Positions 31,312-41,328 are shown, numbered from the stretch's first letter. The stretch is DNA of 64,000 bases from Nitrosopumilus sp. (GCA_965205215.1 OZ242041.1:768001-832000); one strand, 5' to 3'. The notes: generated by a model from the letters alone, not told the origin. Numbers and translations are program-made.

Positions 31312-33378
31312 CTAGCGGCCGGCAGCCTCCGGGCACACCAGCTCCGGTATCCCTATCCCGCGCAGATACTCGTACGTCCTGTCGTAGTACCCGGGATCCC
31401 TGGTGCCGTCCCCGTCGTCTCCGGGCGGGACGAATATCACCATGCCCTGCCTTGCCCGCGTCAAAAGCACCCTGTACGCGTTCTTCAGGTACCTCTGCTT
31501 GTGGTCCTTGCGTATGTTGTTCCACCTGTCTCCTACAAACTCCTTGTAGTTCCACCCGTCCTCAGTATATCTGAGGTCCGCGTCCCATGCGACGCACGCC
31601 CAGTCAAGCTCCAGTCCTTGTATCTCGAATTCGGTCGCCACGTACTCCAGCCCGTTTGAGGAACGCGGGTCGTCCGGGGGGTTGAGGAACCAGTGGGTGG
31701 CCTTTGGCGTGAGCTCCACGTATATGCCGTGCGGCCTCAGCCGGTACGACTTTGCGGCCGCGACAATCCCGAACCGCTCCGTGCCCCGCGCCCTGCTCCG
31801 TAGCCACCTCTTTGCACGCCCAAAGTCCCTTGTCACCATGATGGGATACTTGTCTATGCCGGACAGCGTGACGCCCGCCGCTCCGGCGTCAAGGTCCAGA
31901 AGAAGCCTGACGAACTCCGACACGTGCCTGCTTCTAAACGACCTTATGGACGTGGCAAGGTGGAGCTCCGCGCGGTATCTGGGGCGTATGCCGCCGAGCA
32001 TGTCCTCGATCCGGCCGCGGCCGTCGTCGTAGTTCCTGCCCAAGTATTCCTCCCCGTTTATCTCCGGGGAGACGTACACGTCCCATCCGGGGTGGCTGCG
32101 CCTCACGGAGTCAAACCATTCTGGCAGGCCCGCCTCCCCGTGGTTGATCTCCTGCCCTCCCCCGACAAGGCAGACGAGCACCGCCCAGTCCGCGTGCCTA
32201 TCCATCGTATTGATCAAGTATTCCGGCTGCGACATGCCGATCTCCCTCCCCTTCCTCTTCTTCATGAACCTGTCAAGCTCCTTCCTGCTCCACGCGCGCT
32301 GCGCCTCGTCGAACACCACTACCCTTTCGTGCGGCGGGCGATCCGAGTCCATGGCCTCGGTGATGAACTCCCTGACGGGCTGTATGAGGGCCGCGGCCTC
32401 CCTGTACGCGCTGCTCTTCGTGACCCTGGCAAGGGTGGGATCCCTGGCGCGTTTGGAGCGCTCCCTGTCGAACTTGTCGCGCGCGAGCGCCTCGCGCAGG
32501 ACGTTTACGAGCGGGCCGTTGCCGGACAGAAAGACGGATCCGGTGTCATCATCGCCATCATCATCGTCGTAGTCGTGGGACGGCCAGTCACGGGGCTTTA
32601 CAGTCAGGTTCAACCCCACCAGGGTCTTGCCCGCCCCCGGTATGCCGGTCACAAAGCATATCGATTTTCTGCCGTTTTCTCTGGAGTGTTCTATCACGCC
32701 CTCGACTGCCGACTTGGTACTGGTGAGGTTCTCAGCTCCCGCCTCGGAGCGCGTTATGTCGCGCACGTCGTGGTTGTTGTACAGGGCGCGCGCGGCCTCG
32801 ATGATGGTCGGCGTGGGCTTGTATGCTGATCTCTCCCACTCGAGCGGGTCTATCGTAACCCCGCCGCCCTGGACCCCGGCCGCCCTGCGCATGATCTCGT
32901 GCAGGTTTGATCCGTTGGAGCACACGACCCCAAAGACCCCGTCCTCCCGCATGTCCAGGCCGTATGCAGCCGTCCCAGCCTCGCTGGCCACCAGAACGGG
33001 GAGTATGGGCTTGTCGTGGCTCCCCTCGTGGAAGTTCTTCAGGTCCACTGCATAGTCTGTGCACTGGTCCATGTCCGCCCGCCTGTACTGGCCTTCGCCG
33101 ATCTTGAACTCCAGCACGAACACCACGCCGCCGTAAATTATTACGGCGTCGGACCTCTTTCCCATGCGTGGGATGACAAACTCCAGGTAGACGTGGCCGC
33201 TGCCATCGCCGACATCCAGCCTGCGCAGCTCACGCGCCATTATGCCCAACTGGCCCTGCCACGCCCGCTTCTGCTCGTCTGTGGGGGGCATCTCGCTCCG
33301 GTCTGCCAGGACCGAGCGCACCTGCGCGGCATCAGTCCCCAAAAAGGACTCCAGACTGTCCGAATAGTACGCCCTCAC
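31312..33378 (-). CDS. DUF2075 / Schlafen group 3-like nuclease-helicase protein
   Basis: N-terminal PD-(D/E)xK-like segment (RSDAVI..LEFK), GIPGAGKT, FDEAQR, QGLELD, YRVLLTRAR. Confidence 0.85.
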   Translation of the reverse strand: MRAYYSDSLESFLGTDAAQVRSVLADRSEMPPTDEQKRAWQGQLGIMARELRRLDVGDGSGHVYLEFVIPRMGKRSDAVIIYGGVVFVLEFKIGEGQYRRADMDQCTDYAVDLKNFHEGSHDKPILPVLVASEAGTAAYGLDMREDGVFGVVCSNGSNLHEIMRRAAGVQGGGVTIDPLEWERSAYKPTPTIIEAARALYNNHDVRDITRSEAGAENLTSTKSAVEGVIEHSRENGRKSICFVTGIPGAGKTLVGLNLTVKPRDWPSHDYDDDDGDDDTGSVFLSGNGPLVNVLREALARDKFDRERSKRARDPTLARVTKSSAYREAAALIQPVREFITEAMDSDRPPHERVVVFDEAQRAWSRKELDRFMKKRKGREIGMSQPEYLINTMDRHADWAVLVCLVGGGQEINHGEAGLPEWFDSVRRSHPGWDVYVSPEINGEEYLGRNYDDGRGRIEDMLGGIRPRYRAELHLATSIRSFRSRHVSEFVRLLLDLDAGAAGVTLSGIDKYPIMVTRDFGRAKRWLRSRARGTERFGIVAAAKSYRLRPHGIYVELTPKATHWFLNPPDDPRSSNGLEYVATEFEIQGLELDWACVAWDADLRYTEDGWNYKEFVGDRWNNIRKDHKQRYLKNAYRVLLTRARQGMVIFVPPGDDGDGTRDPGYYDRTYEYLRGIGIPELVCPEAAGR

Positions 33379-33528
33379 GCCCTGTCACCGCGGCGGCGCT
33401 AAATATGGATGCTGATCCTCCCTTGCGTGCCGGCCCCTCTGATTGGCGCCCCGGCGCGGCCCTCGGGGGCGCCGCACCTGTATGTGATCATCACAATATA
33501 TTTAACATCTGGAGTGGCCGTTTTTCTA

Positions 33529-34374
33529 TTGGTTGTAGACAACAAGGCGACGGTCACGTACGTCCAGCTGCTCAAGGAGGACCTGGTGATCATGAGGCTC
33601 GTCCCAAACGAGGGGCCCGTGCCGGAGTTCAGGGCCGGGCAGTTCATAACGCTTGGCATGCCGAACCCCAACGAGGGCGGCAAGATTGTGAGGCGCGCCT
33701 ACTCCATAGCGTCGCATCCGGAGAACAGGGACTATATCGAGCTCGTAATCCGGTGGGTCCGCAAGCCCCTGCCGGGCAGGCTCACCACCCAGCTGTTCAA
33801 CGCCAAGGAGGGCGACGAGGTGCTGTGGCTCAAGCCGAGCGGCAAGGCGCTCGACATAAACGAGACCCTGCCGGACGGCTCGCCTGACACGAGGAGGATG
33901 GTCTGCATCGGGGGCGGCACCGGGCTTGCCCCGTTTGTCAGTTATGCGCAGCACCTGCACCACGTCGGCGACAAGCGTGAGATCGTGGTGCTGCACGGCG
34001 CAAGCTACGTCGACGAGCTGTCCTACAAGGACCTGCTGACCGACCTGGAATATGACAGCATGCAGAGGGGCAAGGACCAGTGGAATTTCAGGTACAGGGC
34101 CGCGATCAGCAGGCCGCAGGAGTGGTTCAACCGGTCGTGGTCGGGCCAGATTGGGCGCGTCGAGACGTTCCTGCGCCCGCGCGCGGACGGCGTGTCCCCA
34201 CTGGAGGACTTGGTAGGCGAGGAGATAACAAAGGAGAACACCATGTTCTACGTGTGCGGCTGGCAGGGCACGATAGACGGGGTGATGGACTTTTTAAAGC
34301 CGAGGGGGTTTGTGACGGAGCACGACAAGCGCGACGACGGCAGCTTTGAGGTCAAGTACGAGTCGTACGGGTGA
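33529..34374 (+). CDS. ferredoxin--NADP+ reductase family protein
   Basis: RAYSIAS, GGGTGLAPF, YVCG, terminal YESYG; probable TTG start after a TATA box. Confidence 0.9.
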   Translation: MVVDNKATVTYVQLLKEDLVIMRLVPNEGPVPEFRAGQFITLGMPNPNEGGKIVRRAYSIASHPENRDYIELVIRWVRKPLPGRLTTQLFNAKEGDEVLWLKPSGKALDINETLPDGSPDTRRMVCIGGGTGLAPFVSYAQHLHHVGDKREIVVLHGASYVDELSYKDLLTDLEYDSMQRGKDQWNFRYRAAISRPQEWFNRSWSGQIGRVETFLRPRADGVSPLEDLVGEEITKENTMFYVCGWQGTIDGVMDFLKPRGFVTEHDKRDDGSFEVKYESYG

Positions 34375-34448
34375 CCTCCCCTTCCCACCGCCACCATCGC
34401 CGCCGCATGGCCACAGTTGAAATAAGAGACATTACGGTTTAGACGCAG

Positions 34449-35177
34449 TTGGCCACCCGTGACGATGATGCTACGGCCCTGTACCTCGCCCACCTCAACC
34501 CCGTCACGAACGCGCACGTCGAGATCATATCGGACCTCAAGGGGGCCGCCGGCACGGTCAAGGTGATGCCGGTCGTGTTCAGGGACCGCGATCACAACGA
34601 GGTCAACAGCCGGAGCTTTCCGTTCAGCTTTGAGTGCAGGAGGGAGATGCTAGAGTCCGTCTTTGGCGACTCCATTGTGATATCCGACGACTATACGTTT
34701 CACGCCCCCTTCAAGTGCTACATGCCGCCCCTCCTCTCGCCTAAGTCCTGGAGGCTGCGGAGGCAGATACTGCGCGGGGTGGAGCGCCGGAGGTACTTTT
34801 CGTACACGGGCGACCGCACGGAGGGCTACATGCTGCGGCTCTATAGGCTAAAGCCGCGGGTGGGCACGAGGAGGCCCATCTCGGCCGCGTCAGTCAAGGA
34901 GAGGATGTACGGGGCCGCGCTGGCGGAGGGGGGCGCCGGCGGTGGTCACGGTCCTGATGATAATGATGATCATGATCGCGGTGATGATCATGGCAGTGAC
35001 GATCGTGATGGCAGCGGCGCCGGCCCGGGAGAGGGACGCGCCCCCGGCGGGTGGGAGTCCGACGTACCGGAGCCGGTCGCGCGCATAATCCGGAGGGAGT
35101 GGGACGTGGTCAGGAGGTTTGCGGGCGCCGAGGACCTGACCGCCAGAATTTTCGGCATGAAGTTTCCAAAGGAGTAG
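34449..35177 (+). CDS. HIGH-superfamily nucleotidyltransferase-like protein
   Basis: HLNPVTNAH, FPFSFECR, ISAASVKE, VPEPV; Asp/His-rich insertion. Confidence 0.7.
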   Translation: MATRDDDATALYLAHLNPVTNAHVEIISDLKGAAGTVKVMPVVFRDRDHNEVNSRSFPFSFECRREMLESVFGDSIVISDDYTFHAPFKCYMPPLLSPKSWRLRRQILRGVERRRYFSYTGDRTEGYMLRLYRLKPRVGTRRPISAASVKERMYGAALAEGGAGGGHGPDDNDDHDRGDDHGSDDRDGSGAGPGEGRAPGGWESDVPEPVARIIRREWDVVRRFAGAEDLTARIFGMKFPKE

Positions 35178-35252
35178 CGCCGGCGCGGCACGCGCCTCGC
35201 CGCCCGGGCCCGGTTGAAAATAGATTAATACAGAAACACGGCCGCAACATGC

Positions 35253-36182
35253 GTGAAGCTTCCGCTGTGCCCGCTCGTGTGGATTGACGGCTCGTACGTG
35301 CCGCTTGAGCAGGCCACCATACCGATAACCACCCATGCGATGCATTATGGCACCACCATCTTTGAGGGGGTCAGGGCGTACTGGAACGGCGAGGACCTCA
35401 ACGTGTTCCGCCTCGACGACCACATACGCCGCTTTAGGCGCTCCGGCGGCTTTTACGGGATATCGCTCAACCATACGGACTCCGAGGTGTCCGACGCCAT
35501 TACCGGGATCTGCAGGGAGAACAAGCTCAGGGAGTCGTGCTATGTCAGGCCCTTTTACTTTGTGGGGAACCACGGCATAAACCTGCACGTCACGCCCGAC
35601 GCGCCCACCGTGATGGCCGTCTTTGCGTTCCCGTTCGGCGACCTGTTTGAGAAGGGCGGCATATCGGCGGTCACGTCCTCGTGGCGAAAGTTCTCCGACG
35701 CGTCGACCCCGGTCCAGGCAAAGATGGGCGGAAACTACCTCAACTCGATAATCGCCACAGGCGAGGCCAAAAAGGCCGGCGCGGACGAGGCCATACTGCT
35801 GGACCTGTCCGGAAACGTGAGCGAGGCGCCCGGCGAGAACATATTCGCGGTCATAGACGGCAGGCTGGTCACGCCCACCCTGGCGTCCTCCGCGCTGGAG
35901 GGCATCACCCGCGACACGATACTGGAGGTGGCCCGCGCCGCGGGGATAGAGGCAGTGGAGCAGGACATGACGCGCGCCGATATGATGTCGGCGCAGGAGG
36001 TGTTTCTGAGCGGGACGGCTGCCGAGATCACGCCGGTGACGACGATCGACTCCAAGAGGATAGGGGACGGCGGCGGGCCCGGCCCCGTCACGCGCGAGAT
36101 GATGGAGCGGTACACCGACATCGTAATGGGGCGCGCGCCAGAGTACGCCGACCGCTGGCTGACACCGGTGTATGGCACATGA
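35253..36182 (+). CDS. ilvE: branched-chain amino acid aminotransferase
   Basis: HYGTTIFEG, AKMGGNY, EAPGENIF, LEGITR, SGTAAEI. Confidence 0.95.
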   Translation: MKLPLCPLVWIDGSYVPLEQATIPITTHAMHYGTTIFEGVRAYWNGEDLNVFRLDDHIRRFRRSGGFYGISLNHTDSEVSDAITGICRENKLRESCYVRPFYFVGNHGINLHVTPDAPTVMAVFAFPFGDLFEKGGISAVTSSWRKFSDASTPVQAKMGGNYLNSIIATGEAKKAGADEAILLDLSGNVSEAPGENIFAVIDGRLVTPTLASSALEGITRDTILEVARAAGIEAVEQDMTRADMMSAQEVFLSGTAAEITPVTTIDSKRIGDGGGPGPVTREMMERYTDIVMGRAPEYADRWLTPVYGT

Positions 36183-37327
36183 CCAGAGGCGGCGGCACGA
36201 GGCTGGCGCTCGTCGGCGCGGGCGGGCCGGAGTGCGGGCGGATTGCAAGGATATTGTCCGACATGGGCGCGCTTGCGGCCGTGTGCGACCCCGATGAGCG
36301 CAGGGCCGCGTCGTGCGGCCAAGAGCACTCCGTGGGCCATTACGGGGACGTCGGCGGCATGATCCGGGGCGAGGCGTTTGAGGGGGCCGTCGTGGCCGCA
36401 CCCGCTGCTGATGGTGCCCGCGCAGCTGCGGCCTCTGAGCTGCTCGGCGCGGGAAAGCACGTGTGCGCGCAGTGGCCGCCCGCGTGCGACGCGGCCGGTA
36501 TGGAGTCGCTGCTGGAGCTGGCAGGCCGGAAGAAGGCGGTACTGTCGTGCCTTCCTGTGGCGCCCTCGGGCATGGCCGCAGAAGCGATGCGCGACGCGGC
36601 GTCGTCTGGCGCGTACGGCCGCCTGATGTCGTTTGACATCCGCGCAAGGGGCAGTACCGCGTTGGCGTACGCCGGCCGGGACGACTGCGACTATGGGGAC
36701 GAGCGCGACGGCGGCCCGGGCGGCGGCCATACAGATAGTGACCATACAGATAGTGACCATACAGATAGTGACCATACAGATGATGACCCTGCCGGCGATG
36801 CCCGCGCCAGCGCCATGCGCGCCATGCAGGCAGACTACGTATACGCCGCAAACCTGGCGTTTGACGCCGCTCCACACGTGGTCTTTGCCGTATCAGGCAG
36901 CCTGGGGGACGGCCGCCCGGAGGGCCGCCTGACCACCATATTCGGATACGGCGGCGGCTCGGCTGCCACGATATCCATCCACCTGGAGGCCGGCAACATC
37001 TCTGAGACGGCGGAGGCGGTGCTGGAGGGGGCGGTCATAAGGGCGGACCTGTCCGAGGGGTTAGTCGTAACCGAGCCTGCCGCGGCCGGCCCCGGCCCCG
37101 ACAGCGCCGCAGAGAGCCGGGGCCATCCGCACGACAGCCTGGACCCCGACTCGCAGCTGCGATCCTGGCTTGGGGACTTTGCGAACGCCGTAAATCACGG
37201 GGACAATCCGGAGCGCCGCGCACGCGTCGCGCGGAGCGCCGCGCACGCGCTGGCGGCAATCAAGGCCGCCAAAGCTTCACTTTTATCTGCAAGGCGGGGG
37301 ATCCCCATATACCTGGATCTGAGATAG
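36179..37327 (+). CDS. Gfo/Idh/MocA-like oxidoreductase (divergent)
   Basis: Rossmann LVGAGG..G, AVCD, AGKHV; the EKP motif is replaced by QWP; ATG overlaps the ilvE stop. Confidence 0.7.
   Translation: MTRGGGTRLALVGAGGPECGRIARILSDMGALAAVCDPDERRAASCGQEHSVGHYGDVGGMIRGEAFEGAVVAAPAADGARAAAASELLGAGKHVCAQWPPACDAAGMESLLELAGRKKAVLSCLPVAPSGMAAEAMRDAASSGAYGRLMSFDIRARGSTALAYAGRDDCDYGDERDGGPGGGHTDSDHTDSDHTDSDHTDDDPAGDARASAMRAMQADYVYAANLAFDAAPHVVFAVSGSLGDGRPEGRLTTIFGYGGGSAATISIHLEAGNISETAEAVLEGAVIRADLSEGLVVTEPAAAGPGPDSAAESRGHPHDSLDPDSQLRSWLGDFANAVNHGDNPERRARVARSAAHALAAIKAAKASLLSARRGIPIYLDLR
36728..36787 (+). repeat. 15-bp tandem repeat x4 encoding (HTDSD)3-HTDDD
   Basis: CATACAGATAGTGAC x3 plus CATACAGATGATGAC. 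Confidence 0.9.
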
Positions 37328-37603
37328 ATGAAGAAGAGCGTGATGATGGACATACTGGCGTGCCCCATTGACAAGCACCACCCGCTGGAGCTCCACGTCG
37401 TGAGCGAGAAGGGGGACGGCACCGTGTCGGAGGGCGCGCTGTACTGCGAGAAGTGCTCCCGGTTCTATCCCATTATAGAGGAGATCCCGATAATGCTCCC
37501 CGACGACCTGCGCGACAAGGAGCAGGAGACCGAATTTCTCGGCAGGCACTCCGGGTCGCTGCCCGAAAAGATAACCGCGCGCGCGAACCCGTGGCACCTG
37601 TGA
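37328..37603 (+). CDS. Trm112 family protein
   Basis: DILACP..L..LYCEKC.RFYPI.EEIP.ML. Confidence 0.9.
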   Translation: MKKSVMMDILACPIDKHHPLELHVVSEKGDGTVSEGALYCEKCSRFYPIIEEIPIMLPDDLRDKEQETEFLGRHSGSLPEKITARANPWHL

Positions 37604-37645
37604 CCGCATGCGAAATCTCTAAATCATCCACCTGCGCGCGCGCCG

Positions 37646-39037
37646 TTGCTATTGTCTCCTAACCTGCCCCGCGGCATGAGGGATTTTGACGGGGCCGACT
37701 CTGCGGGAATCGAGCGCATCAGGGAGCGCTTTGTGCGCGCGTGCGGGCTGTACGGGTACGGGCTCGTGGACCCCTCGCCGCTTGAGAGCCTCTCGACCCT
37801 GGAGACCAGGTCGGGGCCCGCAATCAGGGACGAGATATACCACTTTGAGGACAAGGGCGGCCGCCGGGTGGCCCTCCGCTTTGACTTTACCATGGGGCTT
37901 GCGAGGCGCGCCGCGCAGCAGCGCTCGGAGAGGCTGCCCTCCAAGGTCGCCAGCTTTGGGGGCGTGTTCAGGTACGACGAGCCGCAGCAGGGCAGGTACC
38001 GGTACTTTCACCAGTGGGACATGGAGGTGTTCGGCAGCCCTTCTGCGGACGCGGACGCGGAGATAATCGAGGCCACGTCCCTGCTGTTCGAGTCCCTCGG
38101 GATGAAAAAGGGCATCTCGATACGGGTCTGCCACCGCGGGCTGGTGGAGTCCCTCGTGCGCAGCGTCTTCGGGCAAGAGACGCCTGCAGGCGAGATGTCA
38201 GATATACTGCGCGCCATGGACAAGGCCGCAAAAAAGCCGAGGGATGCAATAATATCCGAGTATGCGGACGCCGCGGGAGGCGGTGGGCGCCCGGACCGCG
38301 CCGACATGCTAGGCGAGCTGCTCGAGTATGCCTCCATGCGCGGAGGCGCGGACGAGATAGCCGGCAGGCGGGGGGAGATCTCGTCGCTGGACGGGTGGGA
38401 CGATCTCGCGTCGCTGTCCGACTCGCTTGGGAGCCGCGGCGTGGACTGCGCCGTGATAGACCTTGGAATCGTGCGGGGGCTTGACTACTACTCCGGGATG
38501 GTCTTTGAGGTGTTCGATGACAGTGATGACGATGGCGGCGGCGACGGCCCGCCCTCCCAGTACGGCTCGCTTGCCGGGGGAGGCAGGTACGACGCGCTGA
38601 TGAAGGCCTTTGACAGGCCAGACCTCGGGGCCGCCGGCGTTGCAGGCGGGGTGGAGCGCACGATGCTTGCGATGCGCCGCAGGGGGCTGCTTGACGGTGA
38701 CCGTGACGGCTCCACCCGGGCCGGCGCGGCGGCAGCAGCAGCGGACCTGGTCGCCGTCATATGCGCCACGCCGGACGCCAGAGGGGTGGCCGCCGGAATC
38801 GCGTCGGCCCTGCGCCGCGGCGGCATTACGACCGAGTTTGATATTGCAGGACGCCCCCTCAAAAAGCAGATGGCCGCCGCGTCCCGCGCGGGCGCCCATG
38901 CCGCCATAATCATAGGAACCGAGGAGGTGCAGAGCGGGCAGGCGCTGCTCCGTATGATGGACACCGGGGAGCAGCGCACGGTAAGGCTCGATGAGCTGAC
39001 AGGCGACCCTGGCTCGGTCATTGCGCGCGTCAGCTAA
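37646..39037 (+). CDS. hisS: histidine--tRNA ligase
   Basis: PRGMRDF, LRFDFT, FRYDEPQQGRYR, RGLDYYSG, GGGRYD, anticodon-binding domain. Confidence 0.92.
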   Translation: MLLSPNLPRGMRDFDGADSAGIERIRERFVRACGLYGYGLVDPSPLESLSTLETRSGPAIRDEIYHFEDKGGRRVALRFDFTMGLARRAAQQRSERLPSKVASFGGVFRYDEPQQGRYRYFHQWDMEVFGSPSADADAEIIEATSLLFESLGMKKGISIRVCHRGLVESLVRSVFGQETPAGEMSDILRAMDKAAKKPRDAIISEYADAAGGGGRPDRADMLGELLEYASMRGGADEIAGRRGEISSLDGWDDLASLSDSLGSRGVDCAVIDLGIVRGLDYYSGMVFEVFDDSDDDGGGDGPPSQYGSLAGGGRYDALMKAFDRPDLGAAGVAGGVERTMLAMRRRGLLDGDRDGSTRAGAAAAAADLVAVICATPDARGVAAGIASALRRGGITTEFDIAGRPLKKQMAAASRAGAHAAIIIGTEEVQSGQALLRMMDTGEQRTVRLDELTGDPGSVIARVS

Positions 39038-39710
39038 GAAAGGCCCTTGTGAGCATCATTATCTCGGGCCCCGTCGTGAGGGATCCGACCACTATCGCGT
39101 TGTTGTTTGCAAGCATGCCGGACGCCACGTACGGTATACCGTTGTTTATGGACGCGTGCTCTATGCCGCGCACCCCCAGCAGGTTGGCAAACGCCTTCAT
39201 CTCCTCCTCGTCGGTCTCCGGATGGACGGCCGCGCCCGTGTTGTTCGCGGCCATTACGGATCCCGTCTGGTACATGCCGGCTATCCTGCCCTGCATGACC
39301 TCCACCCCCAGCGTGTCGGATATGGCGCCGCACTCCGCCCTTGAGAGCCATGGGGACGCAATGGCCCCCCTGTCGTTTGCGCACACCAGGTTGCCGAGCG
39401 CCGTGAACTTGGAGTCAAGCACGCCCACGTTGAGGCCGGTCTCCGACTTGAGCATGTCATACTCGTCCTCAAACGCCGTCCTCGGCAGCATGATCCCGGA
39501 GTTGTTCATCACAAGCAGGGTGCCAAGCAGCCTGGTGTTTGCCACCGACGCGTTCACGCGGCGCTCCACCCCCAGGTGACCTGCAAGCCTGTCGGCCTTT
39601 TCGGGCGCAAACCCGCTTGGCAGGAGCAGGACCGAGTCGTTTGCGGCCGCGTACACGCCCACGTTGGGCCCCCTGTACAGGTCGTACTTTATGATGTCCA
39701 CGCGAAACAT
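39030..39710 (-). CDS. eif6: translation initiation factor 6 (aIF6)
   Basis: PNVGVY, ALGNLVCAND, AVHP, TTGPE. Confidence 0.93.
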   Translation of the reverse strand: MFRVDIIKYDLYRGPNVGVYAAANDSVLLLPSGFAPEKADRLAGHLGVERRVNASVANTRLLGTLLVMNNSGIMLPRTAFEDEYDMLKSETGLNVGVLDSKFTALGNLVCANDRGAIASPWLSRAECGAISDTLGVEVMQGRIAGMYQTGSVMAANNTGAAVHPETDEEEMKAFANLLGVRGIEHASINNGIPYVASGMLANNNAIVVGSLTTGPEIMMLTRAFLS

Positions 39711-39839
39711 GGGCGGCGGTGCGTTATGAACCTAGGGGATTCGAGGCCTGTGCCGCGTGCGCCGCGCGGCCAGCCGTTCCGGCCCTGCGCCGCCCCCGCA
39801 CTGTTTATCTTTAAATAGCAACACCTCGCCTGTATCTTC

Positions 39840-40391
39840 ATGCCGATAGCAGAAAACTTTCCAGAGGGCCTGGAGCCCATAGGCAAGATCGAGACGGCCG
39901 ACGGCCAGTTCCACTTTATGTGGGGCCCCGGCAAGGACAAGAACGCGGACGGATCGCCGGCAGAGGTACTCTCCGACGAGGAGGTAAAGTCCGCGTACGC
40001 GGCGCGCGGCGAGGAGCAGGTCCCGCTCGGAGTCAGCGGGACGATGGTGGCAGTCGACTGGGACTCGTGCGTGGCAGACGGCGCCTGCATAGAGGCGTGC
40101 CCTGTCCAGGTCTTCCAGTGGTACCGCACGGAAAAGGACATCCCGGCCAAGGACGTGCTGGGGCAGTACTTTGAGGGCACGGGCAGCTCAGTCAAGGACG
40201 AGAGGGCCGACTTTACCGACAAGGCCGACCCCATCAGGGAGCACGACTGCATATGGTGCATGGCGTGCGTATCCGTATGCCCGCCCCAGGCCATAAAGGT
40301 GGACCAGTCGAACCTGGAGGCGCACGAAAAGGCGGCCGGGACCTTTGTAAAGATAGAGGCCGGCACGCCAAACCCGCACTCGCACGACTGA
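39840..40391 (+). CDS. dicluster ferredoxin (zinc-ferredoxin-like)
   Basis: CVADGACIEACP and CIWCMACVSVCP. Confidence 0.9.
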   Translation: MPIAENFPEGLEPIGKIETADGQFHFMWGPGKDKNADGSPAEVLSDEEVKSAYAARGEEQVPLGVSGTMVAVDWDSCVADGACIEACPVQVFQWYRTEKDIPAKDVLGQYFEGTGSSVKDERADFTDKADPIREHDCIWCMACVSVCPPQAIKVDQSNLEAHEKAAGTFVKIEAGTPNPHSHD

Positions 40392-40453
40392 CACCACTTT
40401 AGTTTCGACTAATTTTATTTAGATTTAAATAATAATCACAGGCACGTGGAATC

Positions 40454-40990
40454 ATGCCAATAGACGAGAAATTTGTGGAGAATCTTGAAGTCATCGGCAA
40501 GACCAGCCACGCGGATGGGGAGAACAAGCACTTCATCTGGGGGCCTGGTAACACCGAGGGCGACGCGTTCTCCAACGACGATGTCAAGGCCGCATACGAG
40601 GAGCACGGCGAGGAGCAGGTCCCGCTCGGCATCCACGGCACCACCGTGGCAGTCGACTGGGACTCGTGCGTCGCCGCGGGCTCGTGCATGAGCGTCTGTC
40701 CCGTGCAGACATTCCAGTGGTACCGGACCGAGCAGGACATTGCTGCGGCCGACTGCCTGGACGCCACCTTTGAGGGCACGGGCCTGACGGAGCAGGACGA
40801 GCGCCTGGACTACTCCGACAAGTCACAGCCGATCAGGGAGCACGACTGCACCCAGTGCATGGCATGCCAGGAGGCATGTCCGACGCACGCAATCCTGATA
40901 GAGCCGTCATACCTCGAGTATCACGAGAAGGCAGACGGGACCTTTGTCAAGATGCAGGGCAGCTCGGTCAACCCGCACGCACACGATTAG
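40454..40990 (+). CDS. dicluster ferredoxin paralog
   Basis: CVAAGSCMSVCP and CTQCMACQEACP. Confidence 0.9.
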   Translation: MPIDEKFVENLEVIGKTSHADGENKHFIWGPGNTEGDAFSNDDVKAAYEEHGEEQVPLGIHGTTVAVDWDSCVAAGSCMSVCPVQTFQWYRTEQDIAAADCLDATFEGTGLTEQDERLDYSDKSQPIREHDCTQCMACQEACPTHAILIEPSYLEYHEKADGTFVKMQGSSVNPHAHD

Positions 40991-41006
40991 AGGATATCTC
41001 CTCTGA

Positions 41007-41024
41007 CTTTTTTTCCATTTGTTG
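41007..41024 (+). terminator. oligo-T terminator after the ferredoxin genes
   Basis: T8 tract about 16 nt after the stop. Confidence 0.55.
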
Positions 41025-41068
41025 TGTACATGTGGCCGCACGTACACACGTATGCGCATACGTACGTA

Positions 41069-41172
41069 CGTACACACGTACACACGTACACACGTACACA
41101 CGTACACACGTACACACGTACACACGTACACACGTACACACGTACACACGTACACACGTACACACGTACACA
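41069..41172. repeat. microsatellite (CGTACACA)13
   Basis: 13 perfect 8-bp units, one more at 41041, within an alternating Y/R tract 41037-41180. Confidence 0.95.
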
Positions 41173-41328
41173 CGCGCGCGGCCTGCGGCACGTCCGGCCT
41201 GCGGTCTTTCAATATCCCCCGCGGGTTTGATACACAGGTGATGTCGCGGAACTGGATCCAAAGAATATGTTCTGTTTTTGTACCACGCAGGGTATTTATG
41301 TGGGGAAAATGGTACAAAACCCAAAGCA

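Noticed and set aside
35681-36178. N-terminal part of the 548-aa ORF 35681..37327
   Set aside because: Overlaps ilvE out of frame; the real gene likely starts at ATG 36179
41037-41180. CRISPR array, or the ORFs (HTYTRTHV/VCTCVRVY repeats) crossing the repeat
   Set aside because: There are no spacers and no cas genes; the ORFs are translation by-products of an 8-bp microsatellite
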